From the NCBI GenBank assembly GCA_005881885.1, contig VBDX01000139.1, positions 2,913 to 66,912 of the forward strand: 64,000 nt of DNA, written 5' to 3'. The stretch is from Chloroflexota bacterium. Its GTDB lineage: Bacteria; Chloroflexota; Limnocylindria; P2-11E. Below the pieces are notes generated by a model. It was not told the origin of the DNA and searched no databases. It saw nothing but the letters and a program-made list of their open reading frames with translations. The first letter of the stretch is position 1; every line of letters begins with the position of its first letter. Positions 9,886 through 19,685 of the stretch are shown here, piece after piece. Position numbers and translations under genes: made by a program.

Positions 9886-10245
9886 CTAGAGCCGGCGCAG
9901 CTCCCCGGTCTGCTGGTCGTAGAGGACAAGGTGAAATCGCTTCCCGAGCGCCAGGATCTCATCGAAGACCTTGCGGGGCGTGTTCAGGGTCATCAAAAGC
10001 CCGACGCATCGGTCGGACGCTTCAGGTGTCATGCTCCACGGCGATACGCCGGGCTCGTCGACCTTGTCGTCGGGAAGATCCTCGAGCGCCGGGAAGCGCT
10101 CGAGGAGCAGTCGATGGAACGTGACGAGGTCCGGACTCGCATCGAAGGCTTGCTCGTCTTCCATTGCGAACCGCTCGAGGAGGTCCCCCGCGGCATTGGC
10201 CGATCTGGGCATAGGGGACTTCCAGAGGTAGAGGTCGTAGCTCAG
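9886..10245 (-). CDS. Hypothetical protein between ftsA and ftsZ, probable CTG start
   Basis: The tracked ORF (9886-10212) extends in frame to CTG-AGC-TAC-GAC-CTC-TAC-CTC-TGG (SYDLYLW), overlapping the ftsA TGA. Confidence 0.65.
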   Translation of the reverse strand: MSYDLYLWKSPMPRSANAAGDLLERFAMEDEQAFDASPDLVTFHRLLLERFPALEDLPDDKVDEPGVSPWSMTPEASDRCVGLLMTLNTPRKVFDEILALGKRFHLVLYDQQTGELRRL

Positions 10246-11465
10246 GGCATCAGGCCCTTGAAGATCTTCCCGATCCGCGCTGTGACCCCCTCGAGCGCCC
10301 TGCCGCTCGCCCGTTCGTCGTCGGAGGGCCAGTTATGGGCCCCCCAGAGAAGGAGCCCGCTCGAGGCGGAAAAGGGCGGCGTCGCGATCTGGTCGGTCAG
10401 ACCGCCGAGGCCGGTCGGCCCGACGACCCGCGCGCTCATCCCCAGGTAGTCGCGCGCAGCGCGCGCCACGCCGGTAAGGCTGGAGCCGCCGCCGGTCAGC
10501 ACCAGCCCGGCCTGGAGGCGGTTCGTCGCCCCGGCGGCCTCGATCTCGGCGGCCACGAATCTGAAGATCTCGGCGACCCGAGATTCGACGATCTCGGCGA
10601 TATGACGACGCGTCACACCATGCGAGGTCTCTTCGCCGATGGAGGTGACCTGGAGGACCTCGTCGGGATCGACGTCGAGCGGGATCGCCGACCCGTAGCG
10701 GAACTTCACGTTCTCCGCGACGTCCGGAGTGACGCGGAGGACGATCCCGAGGTCCGCCGTGACGTACCGGCCGCCGATCGGGATGCTGGCGCAGTGCGAG
10801 ATCGACCCATCCTGGAAGATCGCGATGTCGGTCGTGTCGCCGCCGATGTCCGCCAGCACCACGCCGAGCTCGCGGTCCTCGTCGCCCAGCGTCGCCTCCG
10901 CGGTCGCCAGGGGCGCGAGAACGAGCTCGTCGATCTCGACCCCGGCGCGCTGCACGCACTTGGTGAGGTTCTGCACGCTCGTGCTCGACGCGGTAACGAT
11001 GTGCGTCTCGACCTCGAGGCGCACCGCGGCCATGCCGATCGGGTCGCGGACGCCTTCCTGGCCGTCGACCACGTAACCGCGCGGGATGACGTGCAGGATC
11101 TCGCGCGTGTTCGGGATGGAGACCGCTCGGGCCGCCTCGATCGCACGGACGGTGTCGCCGCGGTCGACGTCGTGCCGGACGGCCACCATTCCGCGTGAGT
11201 TTTGCGAGTTGATGTGGCTTCCCGAGATGCCGACGAACGCCGACCTCACTTTGAGCCCGGAGAGGCGCTCGGCGGCATCGACCGCGTTGGTCACCGACTG
11301 GACCGTCCGGTCGATGTCGATGACGACGCCCTTCCGCAGCCCATCCGAGGGCGCCTGGCCGATGCCGATGACGTCGACTCCGCCGCGCTCGGCGACCTCG
11401 CCGATGAGCACGCAGACCTTCGTCGTACCGATGTCGATGGCAACGAGCACGGTCTGCTCAGCCAT
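10242..11465 (-). CDS. ftsA: Cell division protein FtsA
   Basis: DIGTTKV, DIGGDTT, VLTGGGS actin-like ATPase motifs. Confidence 0.97.
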   Translation of the reverse strand: MAEQTVLVAIDIGTTKVCVLIGEVAERGGVDVIGIGQAPSDGLRKGVVIDIDRTVQSVTNAVDAAERLSGLKVRSAFVGISGSHINSQNSRGMVAVRHDVDRGDTVRAIEAARAVSIPNTREILHVIPRGYVVDGQEGVRDPIGMAAVRLEVETHIVTASSTSVQNLTKCVQRAGVEIDELVLAPLATAEATLGDEDRELGVVLADIGGDTTDIAIFQDGSISHCASIPIGGRYVTADLGIVLRVTPDVAENVKFRYGSAIPLDVDPDEVLQVTSIGEETSHGVTRRHIAEIVESRVAEIFRFVAAEIEAAGATNRLQAGLVLTGGGSSLTGVARAARDYLGMSARVVGPTGLGGLTDQIATPPFSASSGLLLWGAHNWPSDDERASGRALEGVTARIGKIFKGLMP

Positions 11466-11515
11466 GACTCACTCCGAACGTGGAACTCTCCACACCAGCC
11501 CGCGCCGATTGTGCA

Positions 11516-11839
11516 CTAGAGGAAGTGGCGGCGGATGACTGCCACGTTCTGGAAGATCCGCCAGCCGAACGCAAAGAGCGCGACGAGGTAGAGGTCGATC
11601 CCGAGGCGATCGCCAAGGAACGTCAACCCGGCCGCGAGGAGCGCGTTGGTATAGAAGCCGGAGAGGAAGATCCGCGTGTCGAAGTGGCCCTCGAGCTCGG
11701 CGCGGGCGGCTCCGAGCAATGAATCCAGCGCGGCGAGGATCCCCACCGCGGTGTAGCGGGCCCACTCGATCGGAAGGTTGAAGCGGATCGCGAGGCCGAG
11801 GAGCACCCCGGCGACGAGGCCGAGGAGCGGCAGAAGCAC
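11516..11839 (-). CDS. sbp: Small basic protein Sbp (DUF1290)
   Basis: YTAVGILAALDSLLGAARAELE..FLSGFYTNALLA..GIDLYL..RIFQN; GTG overlaps the ftsQ TAG. Confidence 0.85.
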   Translation of the reverse strand: MLLPLLGLVAGVLLGLAIRFNLPIEWARYTAVGILAALDSLLGAARAELEGHFDTRIFLSGFYTNALLAAGLTFLGDRLGIDLYLVALFAFGWRIFQNVAVIRRHFL

Positions 11840-12597
11840 TAAGAGGCGGGGCTGACGACGTACGTATCCGGGGTGCGCACGTCGAGGTAGTCTAACTTTT
11901 TCTGCGGGTTTTCCCGAAGGAATCTCCTCGCGAGCGCGATCTTCTCGTCGATGCGCTCCGCTCCGCCGAAGCGGATCTCCCACCCCGCGGCGGTCCGCAG
12001 CACGAGCCCGTTCGCGCCCGCGGCGAGCACGACGTGAGGCGAGGTCGCGTCCGCGCGCAGATCGTTAGGACCGAGGCGCGCGAGCTTCAGCGCCGCGTCG
12101 ACGAGCGCGGGATCGAGCCGATCGCCGGCTTGCCGCGCGCCGCGCTCGTCGGTGACGCGAACCTCGGGGGCCGCGCGCACGTCGATGGACGAGAACAAGA
12201 CGCCATCGGCGTCGACGAACCACTCGAGGCCCGCCGCGACCCAGCGCCCGAGCGCCACGCGCTCCGTCACTGCGATGCGCGCTCGGTCCGGGACCGTGAT
12301 CTCGATGCGTGCGTCCCGAACCGCCGGGAGGCGCACCAGGCGCTCGCGGGCGCGCGCCGCGCTCGCCATGAACGTCTGCGCACCATCCAGCGCGCTCGCG
12401 CTCACAACGGTATCGACGCTGACGTGATGTGTCCCCTCTACCGACACCTCGCGGATCCGCCAGAACGGCCCGATGGTGGCCGCGACGATCGCGGCGGCAC
12501 ACAGGACGGCGGTCACGCCGGCGACGGCGCGATCGACGTCCGCGAGGCGCGGCGCGCGGGGGACGCGGCGCGCTCGAGAGCGGGCCCGGGAGCTCAG
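11839..12597 (-). CDS. ftsQ: Cell division protein FtsQ/DivIB, probable CTG start
   Basis: Arg-rich tail, one TM helix, POTRA domain (IREVSVEG), C-terminal YLDVR; located between ddl and ftsA. Confidence 0.85.
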   Translation of the reverse strand: MSSRARSRARRVPRAPRLADVDRAVAGVTAVLCAAAIVAATIGPFWRIREVSVEGTHHVSVDTVVSASALDGAQTFMASAARARERLVRLPAVRDARIEITVPDRARIAVTERVALGRWVAAGLEWFVDADGVLFSSIDVRAAPEVRVTDERGARQAGDRLDPALVDAALKLARLGPNDLRADATSPHVVLAAGANGLVLRTAAGWEIRFGGAERIDEKIALARRFLRENPQKKLDYLDVRTPDTYVVSPAS

Positions 12598-13730
12598 CGC
12601 GCGCGCCGGCGCGCGTCGTCGAGAGCCCAGTCGATGAAGCGCGCGAGAAGGTCGCCAAACTCGATGCCTGCGGCGCGAGCGGCCTTCGGAAGCAGGCTGT
12701 TGGCGGTCATGCCCGGGATCGTGTTCACCTCGAGCGCGGCCATGCGTTCGCCCGACCACAGAAGGTCCGTCCGCGACATTCCCCGGCATCCCAGCGCCGC
12801 ATGGGCGCGAAGAGCGATCGCCTGCGCGCGTTTCGCCACGTCCTCGGGGATCTCGGCGGGGCAGATCTCCTCGCTCTCGCCGGCGTCGTACTTCGCGCTG
12901 TAGTCGAAGAACGCTCGCTTCGTCTTGATCTCGATCACTGGCAGGGCTTGCAGATCGTCGTTGCCGATGACCGCGACGGTGAGCTCGCGGCCCGTGATCC
13001 GCTCCTCCACGAGCACGCGCGCGTTCGGTCCCGGTGGCTCGAACCGGAACGCCTCGGCGATCGCCTGCTCGAGGTCCTCGGCCCGTTCCACGATCGACGC
13101 GCCGACGCTCGATCCGCTCGCCACCGGCTTCACGAACACCGGAAGACCAACGGCGCGCGCGGCCTCGAGATCGTTCCGGCCCGTTCCACGCACGACGGCG
13201 CCGCGCGGGACGTCGATGCCGTGGGCGCCGAGGATCGCCTTCGCCATGACCTTGTCCATCGCGAGGGCTGATGCGAGCACGCTCGAGCCGGTGTACGGGA
13301 TGCCCAGCGTGTCGAGCAGTCCCTGGATGCGCCCGTCCTCTCCCCAGGTGCCAAAAAGGGCAATCAGGACCACGTCGATCGGCTCCGCATTCGCCATCAC
13401 GCGGGTCGCCGGAACGATCGCACGCGATGCGCTCTCGATCTGCTTTTCAAGACCGCGCGGCAGCTGGTGGTCGGGCTCGAGCCGGCCGCCGCCCTTGATG
13501 AGGCGTTGCGCCTGATCGCGCTGCTCGGCCGTGACCTCGGGGTTGCGGGCCATGAACGCAAGAGGGTCGAGCAGCACGATCTCGAAGCGCGCTGGATCGA
13601 GACTCGCAGCGATCTGCGCGCCCGCCGCGAGCGAGATGTCCCGCTCGGCGGACGCCCCGCCGGTGAGCACACCGACGCGAATACGGTGCGTCGGGGGCCG
13701 GGGGGCAGAGCCCCCCGAGTTGTTGCTCAA
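12594..13730 (-). CDS. ddl: D-alanine--D-alanine ligase
   Basis: VLTGGASAERDIS, GEDGRIQG, MDK, GSSVG, EVNTIPGMT; TTG start, with a repeat-encoded N-terminus. Confidence 0.95.
   Translation of the reverse strand: MSNNSGGSAPRPPTHRIRVGVLTGGASAERDISLAAGAQIAASLDPARFEIVLLDPLAFMARNPEVTAEQRDQAQRLIKGGGRLEPDHQLPRGLEKQIESASRAIVPATRVMANAEPIDVVLIALFGTWGEDGRIQGLLDTLGIPYTGSSVLASALAMDKVMAKAILGAHGIDVPRGAVVRGTGRNDLEAARAVGLPVFVKPVASGSSVGASIVERAEDLEQAIAEAFRFEPPGPNARVLVEERITGRELTVAVIGNDDLQALPVIEIKTKRAFFDYSAKYDAGESEEICPAEIPEDVAKRAQAIALRAHAALGCRGMSRTDLLWSGERMAALEVNTIPGMTANSLLPKAARAAGIEFGDLLARFIDWALDDARRRAR
13693..13719 (+). repeat. Short GC-rich palindromic repeat, family 1 (inside the ddl 5' end)
   Basis: GGGGGCCGGGGGGCAGAGCCCCCCGAG; related copies at 22819, 24586, 25943 and 51212. 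Confidence 0.8.
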
Positions 13731-13771
13731 TCTCCGGCCTTCGGCCAGGAGACACGCCCCAGGCGGGTTGA

Positions 13772-13805
13772 CTCGCTCCTCCCGGCAGAGCCGCTCGTCG
13801 CTCGT
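13772..13805 (+). repeat. 34-bp intergenic repeat, family 3, copy 1
   Basis: CTCGCTCCTCCCGGCAGAGCCGCTCGTCGCTCGT; 31/34 identical to 53990-54023. Confidence 0.75.
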
Positions 13806-13817
13806 CTCATTTGGTGG

Positions 13818-14690
13818 TTACCACTCGCCCACGAGCTCGACCTCGGGGATGAGGCGCACGCCGAAGCGGCGCTCGACCTCGGTCTGACAGAGCTTCATCA
13901 GGGCTCTGACATCGTCGGCGCTCGCGTCGCCGGTGTTGACGATGAAGTTCGCGTGCTTCTCGCTGACCATCGCGCCGCCGACCCTCTTGCCTTTGAGGCC
14001 CGCCGCTTCGATCAGACGCCCGGCGTGGTCTCCCGATGGATTGCGGAAGATCGAGCCGGTGTTGGGCTGCGCCAGGGGCTGCTTCTTCATGCGTTCATTC
14101 GCCATCTCTTTGATGCGCCGAACGGCAGTCGCGCGATCGCCGGCGGCGCCGCGGAAGCGCGCGCGCACGCAGATGGTCGGTGTGCCCTGAAGCTTGCTCG
14201 TGCGGTAGGCGTAGCCGAGCTCGTCGGCCGGGACCCGCCACGCGGCGCCGTTCAGGTCCATCAGCTCGGCGTCGACGAGCACGTCGGCGGTCTCGCTGCC
14301 GAAGGCGCCGGCGTTCCCGTGCACCGCGCCGCCCACGGTGCCCGGCACCGTCGCCATCCACTCGAGGCCGACGATCCCGGCCTTCGCGGCGACAGCCGCC
14401 ACATGCGCGAGCTCCGTCCCCGAGGACGCCCCGATCGTCGTGCCTTCCACGCTGGTCTCCCGCCAGCCGTTGTGGAGCACGAGGCCGCGGATGCCGTCGT
14501 CGGCGACGAGCAGGTTGGTACCACCGCCCATCACGAAGACCGGCAGCTCGTGTTCTCGCGCGACCTGGATCGTGCCGACGAGATCTTTCTCCGTCGCCAC
14601 GCGCACGAAATAGTCCGCGGGACCGCCGATGCGGAGCGAGGTGTGTGGCGCGAGCCTCTCACCCCGCGCTCCCAAGGGGCTTACGCTCAT
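13818..14690 (-). CDS. murB: UDP-N-acetylenolpyruvoylglucosamine reductase
   Basis: GGGTNLL, PGTVGGAVHGNAGAFG, GSIFRNP, SEKHANF; ATGA overlap with murC. Confidence 0.95.
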   Translation of the reverse strand: MSVSPLGARGERLAPHTSLRIGGPADYFVRVATEKDLVGTIQVAREHELPVFVMGGGTNLLVADDGIRGLVLHNGWRETSVEGTTIGASSGTELAHVAAVAAKAGIVGLEWMATVPGTVGGAVHGNAGAFGSETADVLVDAELMDLNGAAWRVPADELGYAYRTSKLQGTPTICVRARFRGAAGDRATAVRRIKEMANERMKKQPLAQPNTGSIFRNPSGDHAGRLIEAAGLKGKRVGGAMVSEKHANFIVNTGDASADDVRALMKLCQTEVERRFGVRLIPEVELVGEW

Positions 14691-16060
14691 ACCGTCGCCC
14701 GATCGCGCAGGAGCTCGAGAAGCCGCTCGCCCGCCGGCCGTATGTCGCCGGCCCCCAGGACGAGCACGAGGTCGCCGGAGCGGGCATTCTCCGCGAGCAC
14801 TCGCGCGGCCGCCGCCGCGTCCGCGGCGTACGCGCCACCCGCGCGCGACGCGAGCGCGCGCGCGTCGGCGCGCTCGTCCGGCGACTCGCGCGCCGAAGCG
14901 AACGTCTCTGCGACTACGCGGACGTCGGCGGTGCGCAAAGCATCGGCGAAGTCGTCGAAGAACGCGCGAAGCCGGCTCGGGGTGTGCGGCTGGAACAGCA
15001 CGACCACGCGCCCGGAGGTGCGCGCACGGACCGCCTCGATGGACGCCCGGATCTCGGCGGGATGGTGAGCGTAGTCGTCGACGACGATGATGCCATCGGC
15101 GGTTCCGAGCTCTTCGAGGCGCCGCTCCGTGCCCGTGAACGTGGCGAACCCCTGCGCTGCCGCGCTCGCCGGCACGCCGCACGCGTCGGCGGCGGCGAGC
15201 GCCCCGGCCGCGTTCCGCGCGTTGTGCGCTCCGGCGAGCCGCAACGCGACCGGCACCGCGGGTTCGAACGGCCCGGTGAGAAGAAACGACACGCCGTTTC
15301 GACCCTGCACGAGCTCGACCAGGCGATACGTGGCTTCATCGGCCGTGCCGTAGGTGGCGACGGTCCGGCCCGGCGCGTCGCGAGCGGCCTTCGCCGCGAG
15401 GCGTGCCGCGCCGCCATCATCGGCACTGGCCACGAGTGACCCGCCCGGCACGATGCGTTCCGCGAACGAGGTGAACGCCTCGGCGTAGTCGAACGGCGTC
15501 GGAAAGACGTCGACGTGATCGTGGTCTACGTTGGTTACGAGCGCGATCTCGGGCTCGAGCGCGAGGAACGCGCGGTCGTATTCATCCGCCTCGATGACGA
15601 GGATGTCGCCGCCGCCGGCGTACGCGTTCGTACCGAGATCCCGGAGGACGGCGCCGCACATGAGCGAGGGGTCGAGCCCGCCCGCGCGGAGGGCCGTCCA
15701 GGTGAGCGCGGTGGTCGTGCTCTTCCCGTGGGTGCCCGCGACGGCGACGACGCGCTTTCCCGTGGCGAGATGTCGCCAGGCGTCCTCGCGCTTCCACGCC
15801 GGAATGCGCTTCGCGCGCGCCGCCGCGACTTCAGGATTGGTGTCCCCGTACGCGCTCGAGCGGATCACCACGTCCGCGCCCTCGATATTCGCCGGGTCGA
15901 AGCTCGTCGCGACCGCCACGCCATCCGCGGCAAGCGCCGCGGCGAGCGGCCAGCTGCCCTGGTCCGAACCGCTCACGTCGTCGCCGCGCGCGAGCAGGAG
16001 GCGCGCGATCGCCGACATGCCCATGCCGCCGATCCCCACGACGTGGAACCTCACGCGCAT
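14687..16060 (-). CDS. murC: UDP-N-acetylmuramate--L-alanine ligase
   Basis: HVVGIGGMGMS, AGTHGKSTTT, EADEYD, DDYAHHP. Confidence 0.95.
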   Translation of the reverse strand: MRVRFHVVGIGGMGMSAIARLLLARGDDVSGSDQGSWPLAAALAADGVAVATSFDPANIEGADVVIRSSAYGDTNPEVAAARAKRIPAWKREDAWRHLATGKRVVAVAGTHGKSTTTALTWTALRAGGLDPSLMCGAVLRDLGTNAYAGGGDILVIEADEYDRAFLALEPEIALVTNVDHDHVDVFPTPFDYAEAFTSFAERIVPGGSLVASADDGGAARLAAKAARDAPGRTVATYGTADEATYRLVELVQGRNGVSFLLTGPFEPAVPVALRLAGAHNARNAAGALAAADACGVPASAAAQGFATFTGTERRLEELGTADGIIVVDDYAHHPAEIRASIEAVRARTSGRVVVLFQPHTPSRLRAFFDDFADALRTADVRVVAETFASARESPDERADARALASRAGGAYAADAAAAARVLAENARSGDLVLVLGAGDIRPAGERLLELLRDRATV

Positions 16061-17151
16061 CCACCGAGTGCGCGCACCTCGTTCGCGATCGCGGTCGCCG
16101 CATCGGGACGGCCGGCCGCGCGTGCGGCCTTCGCCATCCGCGCCAGGCGCGCCGGATCGTCGAGCAGCCCGGTGACGTAGGCGACCAGGCGGTCGGCGTC
16201 GAGCTGGCTCTCCGGGAGGAGGATCGCCGCATTCTTCTCGACGACGTCGCGCGCGTTCGCGGTCTGGTGCGCCTCCGCCGACGCCGCGAAGGGCACGAGG
16301 ATGAGGGGGACGCCGAAGGCGAGCGGCTCCGCGATCGAGGAGGAGCTCGCGCGACCGACGACCAGGTCCGCCGAGGCGAGCGCTGCGCCCATCTCCTCGC
16401 GCAGGAAGCCGTACACGTGATAGCGGTCGCGAAGTTCCCCCGGGAGCGTCTCGCGCTTCGCGGCGATCGGCGCGAGGTGAGCATCGCCGGTGTGATGGAT
16501 CACGGTCGCGCGCCGCAGGAGCCGAGGAAGCGCGCCGGAGACGGCGTGATTGATCGCGGCGGAGCCCTGGCTCCCGCCGGTCACGAAGACGACCGTGGCA
16601 TCGGCCGGCAGTCCGAGCTCCCGACGACCCGACTCGCGCGTCCACCGGAGCAGCGATCTGCGGATCGGGTTGCCCGCGATCGTCGTGCGCGAGCGCGGCA
16701 GCGCGCGGAGCGACGCCTCGAAGGTCGCGCCGACCCGCTGCGACCAGCCGGCGAGCAGCCGGTTCACGCGACCGGGGATCGCGTTGCCTTCCCAGATGTA
16801 GACGGGCACGCGCAGGGTGCGCGCCGCGAGGACGATCGGAAGTGAGACCAGCCCCCCGCTCGTGCAGCACACGGTCGGGTGAAACTTGGCGATCTGGACG
16901 AGCGACTCGACGACGGCGACCGGCAAGAGCAACGCCCGAGTCACGAGCGACATGCGCGAGTCGGGGTCGCGCAGAGACGGCATCGCGGTCGCATGGAAGG
17001 GAATGCCCGCGGCGCGCACGGGGTCAGCCTCGAGCCCGCGACGACCACCGAGGAAGAGGAACGCGGTGTCCGGCGCCGCTTCGCGCAGGGCCTCCGCGAC
17101 CGCGAGGAGCGGGCTGACGTGACCGACCGTCCCGCCACCGACGAGGAGCAC
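16051..17151 (-). CDS. murG: Undecaprenyl-PP-MurNAc-pentapeptide GlcNAc transferase
   Basis: GGGTVGH, GNPIR, GGSQGS, HQTANA; GTG 17151 with GGAG SD. Confidence 0.93.
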   Translation of the reverse strand: MLLVGGGTVGHVSPLLAVAEALREAAPDTAFLFLGGRRGLEADPVRAAGIPFHATAMPSLRDPDSRMSLVTRALLLPVAVVESLVQIAKFHPTVCCTSGGLVSLPIVLAARTLRVPVYIWEGNAIPGRVNRLLAGWSQRVGATFEASLRALPRSRTTIAGNPIRRSLLRWTRESGRRELGLPADATVVFVTGGSQGSAAINHAVSGALPRLLRRATVIHHTGDAHLAPIAAKRETLPGELRDRYHVYGFLREEMGAALASADLVVGRASSSSIAEPLAFGVPLILVPFAASAEAHQTANARDVVEKNAAILLPESQLDADRLVAYVTGLLDDPARLARMAKAARAAGRPDAATAIANEVRALGGCA

Positions 17152-18274
17152 GCGGCAGCTCCGCGCGCGCCCGGGACCCGGCTCGTCCAATGTTGAGGAG
17201 GATACCGACGGCGATGAACCCAACGCACAGCGAGCTGCCGCCGTAGGAGATGAAGGGCAGCGTGATCCCCGTCATCGGCACGAGGCTCGCGACGACGGCC
17301 ATGTTCACCCAGGCCTGGAATGCGAGCCACACGGTGATACCGGTCGCGAGGAGCGCGCCGGTCGCGTCCTCCGAATGCAGCGCGATGCGCACGCCGCGGA
17401 ACGCGATGACCAGGAAGAGCAACACCACCGCGAGCGCACCGGCGAGCCCGAGCTCGTCACCGAGCACCGCGAAGATCGAGTCGGTGTACGGATGCGGCAG
17501 ATAACCGAACTTCTCGCGGCCGGCTCCGAGACCCTCGCCGAACGAGCCGCCGAGCGCGAGCGCATACAGCGTCTGGATCGTTTGGAAGCCCGCGCCCCGC
17601 GGGTCGGACCAGGGGTCGACGAACGTGAGCAGACGCTCGTACCGCTCCGGGTTGACGACGGCGAGCGCAAGCACGGAGACACCGGTGAGGACGCCGAGGG
17701 CGATGAAGATCTCCAAGCGCGCGCCCGCCGCGAAGTAGATCGCCAGCGCGACGACGACGATCACGATCGCGGTGCCGAGGTCGGGCTCGGCCACGACGAG
17801 GCCGAGCACCAGCATCGTGATCAGGACGAACGGCACGGTGACGCGCCACGAGCCGATGTCGTCACGCCGCGCGCCGAGCCAGGTCGCCAGATACACGATG
17901 AGCGCGAGCTTGGCGAGCTCCGCGGGCTGCAGCCCGACGAGCCCGCCGAATCGAAGCCACCGCGTGGCGCCACCGGCGGTCACGCCGACACCGGGTACCA
18001 GGACCGCCACGAGCAGCGCGACCGCGAGCAGAAGCAGGGGTACAGCGAACAGGCGCAGCCGGTGGTAGTCGACGCGCGCGGCGACCAACATCGCCGCGAT
18101 GCCGAGCGCCGCCCAGGCGGATTGCTGTGCCAGGAACATGCCGGGGTCCTCGTTCGCGTCGAGCGCGGTGATCCCGCTGGCGCTATACACCATCGCGAGC
18201 CCGAGGAGGAGGAGCGCGAGCACGACGAGCACGAGCGGCAGGTCGTAGGTGGTGGTCCGCGGGAAGAGCTTCAT
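17024..18274 (-). CDS. ftsW: SEDS peptidoglycan polymerase FtsW
   Basis: MVYSAS, QPAELAK, EPDLGT, LPHPYTDSIF, GITLPFISYGGSS. Confidence 0.95.
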   Translation of the reverse strand: MKLFPRTTTYDLPLVLVVLALLLLGLAMVYSASGITALDANEDPGMFLAQQSAWAALGIAAMLVAARVDYHRLRLFAVPLLLLAVALLVAVLVPGVGVTAGGATRWLRFGGLVGLQPAELAKLALIVYLATWLGARRDDIGSWRVTVPFVLITMLVLGLVVAEPDLGTAIVIVVVALAIYFAAGARLEIFIALGVLTGVSVLALAVVNPERYERLLTFVDPWSDPRGAGFQTIQTLYALALGGSFGEGLGAGREKFGYLPHPYTDSIFAVLGDELGLAGALAVVLLFLVIAFRGVRIALHSEDATGALLATGITVWLAFQAWVNMAVVASLVPMTGITLPFISYGGSSLCVGFIAVGILLNIGRAGSRARAELPRAPRRWRDGRSRQPAPRGRGGPARSGAGHRVPLPRWSSRARG

Positions 18275-19683
18275 CGCGCCACCGGCGTAGCGAATGCCTT
18301 CACGAGGGCGCTGAAACGCTCGCCCCGCTCGTCCGCGGACGAGAACATGTCGAACGAGGCGCACGCCGGCGAGAGCAGGACCACGTCGCCGGGCTGCGCG
18401 AGATCGCGCGCGGCGGTGACCGCGTCTTCCAACGACTTGGCGCGACGGAGCGGAAGCTTTCCCGCGCCCGCGATCGCTTGCTCGATCTCGCCCGCGGCGC
18501 GGCCGATGAGCACCGCTCCCCTCGCCCGCTCGACGAGCGCCCGCGCCAGCGCGCTGAAGTCGGCGTTCTTCGAGACACCGCCCAGGATGACGACCACCGG
18601 ACGCTCCGGATAGGCCGCGATCGCAGAGAGCGTCGCCGCTGGCGTCGTCGCCGCGGAATCGTTCACCCAGAGCACTCCGTCCGCCTGGCCGACGGTCTCG
18701 AGCCGCCGGGGCACGCCTTCGAACTCGCGCAGCGCTTCGCCGATCGCCTCGGCCCCGACATCGAAGACGTCCCCGACGATTGCCGAGGCGAGTGCGTTCG
18801 CGACGTTATGGCGTCCGGGGACGCGCAGCTCGCTCGCCGCGCACAGCACCGCACGGCGGTCGCCGGACACGAGCACGAGGCGGCTCTCCTCATCGAGATA
18901 GGCGCCCCGCTTGGGTCGCAGGTTCAGCGAGTATCCGCGGATTTCGGACGCCGAGCCGGTGTGAAGCGACACGGTGGCCGGGTCGTCGAGATTCAGCACC
19001 GCGATGTCGCGCGACCCCTGCCAGGCGACGATGTTCCGCTTCGCCGAGATGTACGCGTCGCGCGTGCCGTGATGATCGAGGTGGTCCTCGAGCACGTTCG
19101 TCACGACGGCGACGTGCGGGCTGTGTCCCAGAGTCTCGAGCTGGAAGCTCGAGAGCTCGAGCACCACGATGTCCTCAGGGGTTAGCGAGTCCACGAGGTG
19201 GAGCGGCGCACCCGTACCGATGTTCCCGCCGACGATGACGCGCCGGCGTCCGAGCGAGAGCACGCGGTCGATCAGCGTGGTGGTCGTGGTCTTCCCCTTG
19301 GTCCCGGTGACGCCCACGATGGGGGCGGGGCACAGCCGGAAGAAGAGCGCCATCTCGGTCATCACCGGCACCTTCCGCTGCAGGGCACGCAGGATCGTCG
19401 GCGAGCGAGGGCGGATGCCTGGGATCACGAAGACGAAATCCGGCTCGGCGAGCGCGATGTCGTCGCTCGACGGCCCGAGCACAAGCTTGACGTCGACGCC
19501 CTCGAGCCGCGCGAGTCCCTCGGCGAGCTCCTCCTTCGGCTTGGGGTCGGTGATGGTCACCGTCGCACCTTTCCCGACGAGGAAGCGAGCGAGACCGGCG
19601 GTCGTGCGTCCCTTGCCGAGGCCGATGATCGTGACGCGGCTTTCGCGGAACTCGTCGGCGCTGATCTCGGGATCGAAAAGCAT
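18271..19683 (-). CDS. murD: UDP-MurNAc-L-Ala--D-glutamate ligase
   Basis: GTKGKTTTT, GGNIG, ELSSFQL, DHLDHH, LSPACASFD. Confidence 0.95.
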   Translation of the reverse strand: MLFDPEISADEFRESRVTIIGLGKGRTTAGLARFLVGKGATVTITDPKPKEELAEGLARLEGVDVKLVLGPSSDDIALAEPDFVFVIPGIRPRSPTILRALQRKVPVMTEMALFFRLCPAPIVGVTGTKGKTTTTTLIDRVLSLGRRRVIVGGNIGTGAPLHLVDSLTPEDIVVLELSSFQLETLGHSPHVAVVTNVLEDHLDHHGTRDAYISAKRNIVAWQGSRDIAVLNLDDPATVSLHTGSASEIRGYSLNLRPKRGAYLDEESRLVLVSGDRRAVLCAASELRVPGRHNVANALASAIVGDVFDVGAEAIGEALREFEGVPRRLETVGQADGVLWVNDSAATTPAATLSAIAAYPERPVVVILGGVSKNADFSALARALVERARGAVLIGRAAGEIEQAIAGAGKLPLRRAKSLEDAVTAARDLAQPGDVVLLSPACASFDMFSSADERGERFSALVKAFATPVAR

Positions 19684-19685
19684 GG

